A DNA stretch of 35,723 bases from Desulfobacterales bacterium (lineage in GTDB: Bacteria > Desulfobacterota > Desulfobacteria > Desulfobacterales > JAHEIW01): NCBI GenBank assembly GCA_050116155.1, contig JASFPE010000003.1, forward strand, positions 1-35,723, read 5' to 3'. Of this stretch, positions 25,271 to 33,154 are shown in pieces. Made by a program: the position numbers and the translations under genes. Under the pieces are notes generated by a model that worked only from the letters and a program-made list of their open reading frames with translations, searched no databases and was not told where the DNA came from. Within the stretch, counting starts at the first letter, position 1. Every line of letters begins with the position of its first letter.

Positions 25271-26506
25271 ATGCAATATTTGGTTGAAGATGATCCGGAG
25301 GTTGCCCGGATCATTCAAAATGAAGAATCGAGAATCGAAAACACCCTGGATTTGATTGCCGCCGAAAATCATGCCCCCCGATCCATTCTGGAAGCTCAGG
25401 GCTCGGTCTTTAGCCTAAAGGCAGCCGAAGGCTATCCGGGAAATCGGTTTCACGCGGGCTGCCGGCATGCCGATGAGCTGGAGCGATTAGCAGTTGAACG
25501 GGCCAAGCGTCTGTTTGAAGCTGAACATGCCAATGTTCAATCGCACAGCGGGGTATCCGCCAATCTGGCGGTATATTTTTCGGTGCTTGGTGTTGGTGAT
25601 CGAATACTATCAATGAAGCTTTCACACGGCGGCCATCTCTCCCATGGAGATCCTTCTTCCATTACGAGCAAATGTTTTGAATTCCAACATTACGGTGTTA
25701 ACCCGGAATCGGAGCGCATCGACTATGACGAAGTTCGGGATATAGCAGAGAGTTTCAAGCCGAACTTGATTGTTGCCGGTGCGAGCGCTTACTCCCGATT
25801 GATCGATTATAAAAGAATGGCCGGGATTGCCGAAAGCGTATCCGCATATTTTTTAGTAGACATGGCCCACATTGCCGGTTTGGTGGCCGCGGGGGTAATC
25901 CCCAGTCCTGTACCCCACGCTGATTTTGTAACCTTTACCACCTATAAGACACTTAGAGGGGGCAGGGGGGGCGTCATTTTGTGTAAACGGGAACTTGCTA
26001 AAAAAATTGACCGGACAATATTTCCCGGTGGGCAGGGGACTACGGCATTCAATATTATGGCGGCCAAAGCGGTTTGTTTTAAATTGGCTATGCAAAAAGA
26101 TTTCAATAACTTGCAGGAAAAGACCTTGTTAAATGCTGTCTGCTTTGCCGCTGAGTTTGAGAAGAAAGGATATCGAATTGTTTCAGGTGGCACCGACAAT
26201 CATCTGATACTGCTGGATTTAAGATCCAAGGGTTTAACCGGAGATATGGCTGAAAAATCTCTGGAGTCAGTTGGAATCATTGTCAACCGCAACATGATTC
26301 CATATGATCCTGAGAAACCTGATGTGACCAGTGGCATCAGAATTGGTAGCGCGGCCATTACCTCCCGGGGGATGGGAGAGGCAGAGGTGGCTCTGATTGT
26401 CAAGATCATGGATGCTGCAATGGTTAACAAAGAAGATTCCCAAATTCTGAACCAGGCGGCCAAAGACGTTCAGGATTTGTGCCACAAGTTTCCGATCTAT
26501 AGATAA
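25271..26506 (+). CDS. glyA: Serine hydroxymethyltransferase-family PLP enzyme with divergent active site
   Basis: LIAAEN, EGYPG, ANVQSHSG, GGHLSHG, DMAHIAGL, TTYKTLRG, GGTDNHL, SGIRIG. Confidence 0.8.
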   Translation: MQYLVEDDPEVARIIQNEESRIENTLDLIAAENHAPRSILEAQGSVFSLKAAEGYPGNRFHAGCRHADELERLAVERAKRLFEAEHANVQSHSGVSANLAVYFSVLGVGDRILSMKLSHGGHLSHGDPSSITSKCFEFQHYGVNPESERIDYDEVRDIAESFKPNLIVAGASAYSRLIDYKRMAGIAESVSAYFLVDMAHIAGLVAAGVIPSPVPHADFVTFTTYKTLRGGRGGVILCKRELAKKIDRTIFPGGQGTTAFNIMAAKAVCFKLAMQKDFNNLQEKTLLNAVCFAAEFEKKGYRIVSGGTDNHLILLDLRSKGLTGDMAEKSLESVGIIVNRNMIPYDPEKPDVTSGIRIGSAAITSRGMGEAEVALIVKIMDAAMVNKEDSQILNQAAKDVQDLCHKFPIYR

Positions 26507-26596
26507 GTTTTAGTTTAATTGGTTTTATTCGTTTGATTTGTTACATTTGTTATTTTAAATATTTACCTTTTAACCAATAAAACCAATCGAACGAAT
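26507..26596. repeat. Degenerate palindromic 9-bp-period element (ATTNGTT / AACNAAT arms)
   Basis: taattggtt-ttattcgtt-tgatttgtt-acatttgtt ... taaccaata-aaaccaatc-gaacgaat. Confidence 0.55.
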
Positions 26597-26668
26597 GATT
26601 AAGACGATGTTTGTTTCGCAATGCCACAGGGCGTAATTAAATAATGCAATTTTTTGCATGGAGGAAAT

Positions 26669-27376
26669 ATGGATAACAAAGAAATCAACACAATTTTCAA
26701 TGAACTCTCGACGCCTTTGATTGCCGATGCCTGTTTAAGTTTAGGGGTTATGATTCATGTTGCTCGAATTGGTATCCTCCCTCTGGTAAAGGGCTGGAAA
26801 ATTGCCGGTCGGGTACTGCCAGCCAGACATTACGGCAGTGTGGATATTTTCCTGGAAGCCATGCAAAATGCAGAAGCGGGAGATATTCTTACTGTCGACA
26901 ATGATGGCAGAGATCATGAAGGCTGCATTGGAGATTTGATTGTCCTGGAGGCCAAGTCCGTTGGATTAGAAGGAATTGTGGTGTGGGGATATCATCGGGA
27001 TACCCCCGAGCTTATTGATATTGGCTTTCCTGTTTTTAGCTATGGATCGTGTCCGAAAGGACCGAGACGCGCCTATCCGCGCGCATCGAAGGCACTGACA
27101 ATGGCAGAATTCGGAGATTTTAAAGTCGGGAGAGATGATGTTGTTTTCGCAGACGATGACGGGGTTGTGTTTGTACCATTGCCGCATGTTGAGGATGTCA
27201 TGGCTCGCGCTCGAGACATCTGGCAAACCGAACGACATCAAGCAGATAAGATCAAAGCGGGACAAACCCTTTCGCAGCAGTTGCAGTTTGAAAAATATCT
27301 AGCAATACGCACGACAGATCCGACATATACCTTTCGCAAGCACTTGCAGAAGATAGGCGGTGCCATCGAAGTTTAA
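26669..27376 (+). CDS. RraA / HMG aldolase-family protein
   Basis: [46 protein letters not shown]; GGAGG before ATG 26669. Confidence 0.85.
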   Translation: MDNKEINTIFNELSTPLIADACLSLGVMIHVARIGILPLVKGWKIAGRVLPARHYGSVDIFLEAMQNAEAGDILTVDNDGRDHEGCIGDLIVLEAKSVGLEGIVVWGYHRDTPELIDIGFPVFSYGSCPKGPRRAYPRASKALTMAEFGDFKVGRDDVVFADDDGVVFVPLPHVEDVMARARDIWQTERHQADKIKAGQTLSQQLQFEKYLAIRTTDPTYTFRKHLQKIGGAIEV

Positions 27377-27378
27377 TC

Positions 27379-27479
27379 TCACCGCAGAGGCGCAGAGTTC
27401 GCAGAGATAATTTTTTTCCACCCTCTCGGTGGAAAACGAAAAGATTCCTGTCTCTGCGCCCTCTGCGTCTCTGCGGTGA
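27379..27479. mobile_element. Short (101 bp) member of the same CACCGCAGAG inverted-repeat family
   Basis: tcaccgcagaggcgcagagttcgcagaga ... tctctgcgccctctgcgtctctgcggtga. Confidence 0.65.
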
Positions 27480-27499
27480 AAAAATAGAAGGAATTCATT

Positions 27500-28156
27500 A
27501 TGACCAAATTCATTGACCTCAGTCATGTGATCGAAGATGGGATGATTACCTATGCGGGGCTTCCGGGACCCATAATCAAAGATCATTTGAGTCGAGAAGA
27601 CTCCAGGGGCCAATATTCCGACGGCACCACTTTCCAGATCGGCCACATCGAAATGGTGGGCAACACCGGCACCTATATCGATGCGCCGTTTCATCGATAT
27701 GCAGAGGGTGCTGATCTATCGGAATTTAAGTTATCCGCCATCGCAGATTTGGATGGCCTGGTTATTCGAACGGATCCGGACACCCGTTCTATCGATCAAG
27801 ATCTTTTCAAAAGCCACGATTTGAACGGGAAGGCCGTTTTGGTTCACACCGGATGGGATAAACACTGGCGGACCGAACAGTATTTCGAAAACCACCCGTT
27901 TTTAACCCGGGACGCAGCCGATTATCTAACGTCTTCAGGCGCCGCCCTGGTTGGCATTGATTCGCTCAACATTGATGACACCGCAGATGGCAGCCGACCG
28001 GCGCATACTATATTGCTTGGTGCCAATATCCCCATTGTGGAGCATATGCGTAATCTGGGTGCGCTGCCGCCGAGCGGATTTAAATTTTTTGCCGTACCGG
28101 CCCCGGTGAAGGGAATGGGGTCGTTTCCGGTGCGGGCCTTTGCGATTGTTGATTAG
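27500..28156 (+). CDS. Cyclase-family (kynurenine formamidase-like) hydrolase
   Basis: IDLSH, NTGTYIDAPFH, VLVHTGW, VGIDS, H..LL, IVEH..NL, PVRAFA. Confidence 0.85.
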   Translation: MTKFIDLSHVIEDGMITYAGLPGPIIKDHLSREDSRGQYSDGTTFQIGHIEMVGNTGTYIDAPFHRYAEGADLSEFKLSAIADLDGLVIRTDPDTRSIDQDLFKSHDLNGKAVLVHTGWDKHWRTEQYFENHPFLTRDAADYLTSSGAALVGIDSLNIDDTADGSRPAHTILLGANIPIVEHMRNLGALPPSGFKFFAVPAPVKGMGSFPVRAFAIVD

Positions 28157-28395
28157 TTAACCACGGACCCACACGGCAGTCTCAATAATTCTTCTTTAGG
28201 TTTCAGGTGTCAGGTTTCAGGTGTCAGCAAGCATTAATTGATGGATTTAGGAATTGAGGAATTCAAATGTTCATAAATTAGATCGACAGAATACCTTCAA
28301 TCCCTAAATTCCTAAATTCGCAATTCCTAAATTATTTTTTCTGACACCTGAACACTGACACCTGAAACCTTGTGTATATGTGTCTATGTGACTAA
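28157..28395. repeat. Nested palindromic microsatellite-like elements
   Basis: 7-bp-period arms 28198-28227 / 28341-28370 (28/30 complementary) enclose 8-bp-period GGAATTGA/ATTCCTAA-like arms; degenerate CACAC/GTGT outer layer. Confidence 0.75.
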
Positions 28396-28427
28396 TAAAA
28401 ATACGCCTATGTGTCTTTGTGTGAGAC

Positions 28428-29039
28428 ATGGAAATATCACCCATATTTGAAAAGACCTACCAGGATTATCTCACCCAAATTGGCGGCCTGGATCTAAACG
28501 CGCTCCAGGATAAACTTGGCATCCAGGTTTCCCAGGGCAAGGCAATCATTCCCTTCTTCGGCAAACCATATACGGTCTCCCGCGATGGCATCGATGGCCC
28601 GGATGGCAAAAAACCCCATCTTTCCCTCAGCGTCATCCTATGTAAATATCTTCTCATGTGCCCGGAATATGAACCCGGGGAAGATGACTGGGTTTCTTTT
28701 AAAGACTTTAAAGACGCAGCGCCATTAACCCATGCATTTGCCACCACCGTCACGAATCCGATTTGCAGAATGTTTTCCGGTCGGCCTTCGACGCTTGAAA
28801 AGGCCAGTAAAAAAATCGGCGGTTATACACCTGTAGAAGCATTTTCTTATGACGTGAGCATCAAATTCGATGTGCTCCCCAAAGTTCCGTTGATGCTATT
28901 GTTTAATGATAAAGATGAGGAGTTTCCCGCGCAATGCTCGGTTCTTTTTGAGAGAAGGACCGAAAATTACCTTGATATGGAATGCGTGGCCATGGTGGGA
29001 ATGCTGCTTTATAACTATTTGTCTGACCTTTCTCGATAA
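28428..29039 (+). CDS. DUF3786-like protein
   Basis: PFFG..Y.V, ILCKYL, WVSFKDF, VLPKVP..L.F.D.DEEFPA.CSVLF, YLDME pattern. Confidence 0.75.
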   Translation: MEISPIFEKTYQDYLTQIGGLDLNALQDKLGIQVSQGKAIIPFFGKPYTVSRDGIDGPDGKKPHLSLSVILCKYLLMCPEYEPGEDDWVSFKDFKDAAPLTHAFATTVTNPICRMFSGRPSTLEKASKKIGGYTPVEAFSYDVSIKFDVLPKVPLMLLFNDKDEEFPAQCSVLFERRTENYLDMECVAMVGMLLYNYLSDLSR

Positions 29040-29189
29040 TCCTTGTTTTCCCCTTGCAGAATTCATGAAATTGGTCCAAAATTATCCGGCTGGCCTGTAA
29101 CAATGTTAAAGATCCTATAATTTTAGTTTTTTGAAGACGAGGATGCGCGTTTTTCTGCCGGCTAAACATTAAGAAGATGGAATCCAAAG

Positions 29190-29600
29190 ATGGACAATAA
29201 GAAAATTCTAGTGGTGGATGATGAACGGGATATGCGAATTTTCGTTTCAGCGGTGGTTGAAACTCTTGGTTTTGAGCCGATTGCGGCCGAAAATGGGGTC
29301 GAAGCCTTAGATAAGGCCGGCTCGAATCCCCCGGCACTGGTCATTCTCGATGTCATGATGCCAAAAATTGAGGACGGCATTCAAACCTATCAGAAATTTA
29401 AATCCGATCAAAAGCTTTGCGATATTCCGATCATCATGCTATCTGCCATCGCGAAAAAAACCTTTTTTCATTCCATCCGAATGTTATTAAGCCTCGGGAA
29501 GGGTTCTCAGCTACCAGAACCGGAGGCGTATATGGAAAAACCGCCGGATGCTGAGGAACTCAACCGGCTGATCACCGAGCTGTTACTGTCTGAATCATAA
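29190..29600 (+). CDS. Single-domain response regulator receiver
   Basis: ILVVDDE, ILDVMMP, IPIIMLSA, YMEKP. Confidence 0.88.
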   Translation: MDNKKILVVDDERDMRIFVSAVVETLGFEPIAAENGVEALDKAGSNPPALVILDVMMPKIEDGIQTYQKFKSDQKLCDIPIIMLSAIAKKTFFHSIRMLLSLGKGSQLPEPEAYMEKPPDAEELNRLITELLLSES

Positions 29601-29629
29601 TATTTACGAATGTCTCATGGGGTGCGACA

Positions 29630-31906
29630 ATGCCCGGATTTATAAACAAGATTCGCAGAAGTCTGGTTTTGAAACTCATAATCCTGGTGGGCCTTATATT
29701 GCTGCTCAGCATATCCGTATGGGCCTATTTTCATATCGATTACCAGCAGAAAAAAGTGATGGAAGGCATCATCCATGAGTCCGATGGGTTATCCCATACC
29801 ATCAAGCTCGGTACGCATTATGCCATGATGCATAACTTAAGGGATGATCTTACCCGGATCATAAAAAATATCGCTAAAGAAAAAAAGCTTGAAAACATAC
29901 GTATCTACAACAAGAGCGGCGAGATAAAATTTTCAAACAAGGATGTGGAATTGGATCAGATGACCAATATAAAAGCCGAGGCATGCTATGTATGCCACCG
30001 TTCGGATCCGCCTCTGTCTGAGTTGAGTCTGTCGGATAGAACGCGTGTTTTTAGCTCCCCCCAGGGATACCGGCTGCTGGGCATCATCAGTCCAATTTAC
30101 AGTGAGCCGGGCTGTTCATCAGATGCCTGTCACGCCCATCCGGCGGATAAGAAGGTTTTAGGCGCCCTCGACCTGGTGATATCTTTGGAAAAAACCGATA
30201 AAGAACTCGGCGTTTTTAAAAAGTGGCTGGTGGCTTTTGCGGTTTTTGTCTTTGTGATCACTTCGGCGGCAATCATTTTTTTTGTTTTGCGATTTGTTAA
30301 ACGGCCCATTAATAAAATGATCGATGGAACCCAGCTGATTGCCAACGGTGAGTATCTGAACCACATTGATGTGGACCAGGTTGACGAAATGGGCCAGCTG
30401 TCGGTTGCGATTGATAGAATGGGCAAAAAAATCAGCGAGAAACAGTCTGAACTGAACAGACAGCGCGATGAGTATCAAACGCTTTTCGAGCGGGTTCCAT
30501 GTATTATCACCGTACAGGATCGCAACTACAAGCTGATCCGATACAATCGGGAATTTAGTGATAGATTCAATCCCAAACCCGGAGATTACTGTTATGCCGC
30601 CTATAAAGGGCGTAAAGAAAAATGTGTGATCTGCCCGGTTGAAAGAACCTTTGAAGACGGCCTGGTGCATTATAGCGAGGAAAGCGGATTCAGCAAAGAC
30701 GGCGCGCTCACCCATTGGATTGTTCGCACCTCACCGATTAAAAACGGAAAGGGTGAAATTGTTGCTGCCATGGAGATGAATCTCGATGTGACGCAGCGAA
30801 AATTGTTGGAGGAAGAACTCAAAAAATCCGAGAGAAAATACCACGCGATATTTGATAACATACCGAATCCTGTCTTTGTTTTGGATATGGAAACTTTAGA
30901 GATTCTCGACTGCAATGACAGCGTTGGCGTCGTTTATGGATATGAAAAGGATGACATCATTCAAAAATCCTTTATGCAGCTCTTCAGGAAAAAAGATAAA
31001 GATCACTATGCAGATATTATAAAAACATCGACCGTGATCGACCGGGTCCGGCACCTGAATAAAAATGGCGACACCCTTTTTGTCAACATCCGAATTTCGC
31101 CATCTGAATATCCCGGAAGGAAGGTGCTGCTGGTGACGACCAGCGATATTACCCAGCGTCTTGAAACCGAGCAGCAATTGATCCAGGCCAGTAAAATGAC
31201 GACTCTGGGTGAGATGGCCACCGGTGTGGCCCATGAGCTCAATCAGCCCCTTTCTGTAATCAAAACGGCCAGTCGCTTTTTCATGAAAAAGATCGATAAG
31301 AAAGAAAAGATCGAAGATGAAATCCTGCATACCATGGCCACGGAGATTGATTCTTACGTCGATCGGGCCACCAAGATTATTAACCATATGCGACAGTTCG
31401 GCCGGCAATCGGATATGGCTCCGGAAAAGGTCCAGGTCAACGACACCATCAAAAGAGCCCTTGAAATTCTGGGTCAGCAATTGAAGGTCAGAGGCATTGA
31501 GGTGCGGCAGGATCTTGAGCCGGATCTGCCGCTGGTACTGGCGGATCCAGACCGATTAGAACAGGTGTTCATTAATCTCCTGATCAATGCCCGGGATGCC
31601 ATCGATCAAGAATGGCAATCGCAACCGCATCAAAAAGGAGAAAAGGTAATTTCGCTGAAAACCAGTTCCGATGGAAAAGAAATTACTGCCGTGGTCAGCG
31701 ATACCGGCCCCGGGATTTCCAAAGCGATTTTGGATCGGATATTCGAGCCGTTTTTTACCACGAAAAAAGTCGGCCAGGGCACCGGCCTGGGGCTTTCCAT
31801 AAGCTACGGCATTGTCAAGGATTGCAAAGGCAGCATCCGGGCGGTTTCCGGCAAAAAGGGGGGCGCCCGCTTTATTGTTAAACTTCCAATCGCCAGTGAG
31901 AACTGA
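29630..31906 (+). CDS. Membrane sensor histidine kinase: periplasmic heme-c motifs, HAMP, two PAS, HisKA, HATPase
   Basis: Two TM segments; CYVCH and CSSDACH; DEMGQL HAMP; HELNQP; NARDA, DTGPG, FEPFFTTK, GTGLGL. Confidence 0.92.
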   Translation: MPGFINKIRRSLVLKLIILVGLILLLSISVWAYFHIDYQQKKVMEGIIHESDGLSHTIKLGTHYAMMHNLRDDLTRIIKNIAKEKKLENIRIYNKSGEIKFSNKDVELDQMTNIKAEACYVCHRSDPPLSELSLSDRTRVFSSPQGYRLLGIISPIYSEPGCSSDACHAHPADKKVLGALDLVISLEKTDKELGVFKKWLVAFAVFVFVITSAAIIFFVLRFVKRPINKMIDGTQLIANGEYLNHIDVDQVDEMGQLSVAIDRMGKKISEKQSELNRQRDEYQTLFERVPCIITVQDRNYKLIRYNREFSDRFNPKPGDYCYAAYKGRKEKCVICPVERTFEDGLVHYSEESGFSKDGALTHWIVRTSPIKNGKGEIVAAMEMNLDVTQRKLLEEELKKSERKYHAIFDNIPNPVFVLDMETLEILDCNDSVGVVYGYEKDDIIQKSFMQLFRKKDKDHYADIIKTSTVIDRVRHLNKNGDTLFVNIRISPSEYPGRKVLLVTTSDITQRLETEQQLIQASKMTTLGEMATGVAHELNQPLSVIKTASRFFMKKIDKKEKIEDEILHTMATEIDSYVDRATKIINHMRQFGRQSDMAPEKVQVNDTIKRALEILGQQLKVRGIEVRQDLEPDLPLVLADPDRLEQVFINLLINARDAIDQEWQSQPHQKGEKVISLKTSSDGKEITAVVSDTGPGISKAILDRIFEPFFTTKKVGQGTGLGLSISYGIVKDCKGSIRAVSGKKGGARFIVKLPIASEN

Positions 31907-33048
31907 TGGAAAAATCAATCCTATTGGTCGATGATGAAAAAGGTATCCGCAAGGTACTCGGCATTGCGCTATCTGATCTGGGTTACGAGGTGTTCACTGC
32001 CGAAAATGGTGTGGAAGCGTTACGCATTTTTGATGATGTAAAGCCACCAATTGTACTGGCCGATATAAAAATGCCCGAAATGGATGGCATCGAGCTTTTA
32101 CGCCGCTTAAAACAGGAGAGCCCGGATACAGAAGTTATTATGATTACCGGTCACGGCGACATGGATCTGGCGATCAAAAGCGTTAAATATGAAGCCACTG
32201 ACTTTGTCACTAAACCCATCAATGATGAGGTTCTGGAAATCGCCTTAAACCGGGCGCAGGAACGAATTGCCATGCGCAGCAAGCTCAATGAATATACCCA
32301 AAACCTTGAACAGCTCGTTCAGGAAAAGACAAAAAAGCTGGTGGAGGCCGAACGAATGGCGGCGGTGGGGCAGACGGTGACCGGCTTGTCTCACGCCATA
32401 AAAAATATTACCGGCGGCCTGAAAGGCGGCGCATTTGTCCTGGAAAAAGGCATCGAGCTCGGTGAGCAGAAATTTTTGATGCAGGGCTGGGAAATGATAA
32501 AGGGAAATGTGGACAAGATAACCAACCTGTCTTTGGATCTTCTCAATTATGCCAAAGATAGCGATTTAGATTTTCAGGCCTGTGATCCCAACAAACCGGC
32601 TCAAGATGTTATCGATCTCATGCGCCCCCGGGCCCAGAAGCTTGGAATCAATCTGAGCAGTGATTTATCAGACCAGCTTGACACTTGCCCTATCGATTCG
32701 GATCTCATTAATCGCTGCCTGTTGAATCTGGTGACCAATGCCATCGATGCCTGTATCCATGATGCGACCGGCAGGAAAAAGAAAAAAGTAATGGTTCGCA
32801 CCCAAAAAAAACGTGGGTGGGGCGTTGAATACCAGGTACAGGATAATGGCTGCGGGATGACCCCGGATGTAAAAAAGAATATTTTCCAGCGTTTTTTTTC
32901 GACCAAAGGATCTGAGGGTACCGGTATTGGCTTGATGATTACCAAGAAAATCGTCGATGAGCACAATGGTGTGATCACGGTCGAATCAGAAGAGGGTGCG
33001 GGTTCCAGATTTATTATCAGAATACCCAAGAAGCAACCAGGCATTTAG
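31906..33048 (+). CDS. Hybrid receiver-histidine kinase
   Basis: LLVDDE, ADIKMP, ITGHGD, TKP; SHAIKN H-box; NAIDA, DNGCG, FFSTK, GTGIGL; TGATG overlap with the upstream gene. Confidence 0.9.
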   Translation: MEKSILLVDDEKGIRKVLGIALSDLGYEVFTAENGVEALRIFDDVKPPIVLADIKMPEMDGIELLRRLKQESPDTEVIMITGHGDMDLAIKSVKYEATDFVTKPINDEVLEIALNRAQERIAMRSKLNEYTQNLEQLVQEKTKKLVEAERMAAVGQTVTGLSHAIKNITGGLKGGAFVLEKGIELGEQKFLMQGWEMIKGNVDKITNLSLDLLNYAKDSDLDFQACDPNKPAQDVIDLMRPRAQKLGINLSSDLSDQLDTCPIDSDLINRCLLNLVTNAIDACIHDATGRKKKKVMVRTQKKRGWGVEYQVQDNGCGMTPDVKKNIFQRFFSTKGSEGTGIGLMITKKIVDEHNGVITVESEEGAGSRFIIRIPKKQPGI

Positions 33049-33154
33049 TAGAGAAATCATGTGGGATTTAAAAATAACATCTTGGAAAAGAAGAATTTAA
33101 GATAAACTCAAGTTTTGTTAGCAACATAAAAGATGCAAAAGCAGAATCCCTATT

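Noticed and set aside
14474-28395. CRISPR arrays
   Set aside because: Repeat units are 7-9 bp and contiguous with no unique spacers, and there are no cas genes.
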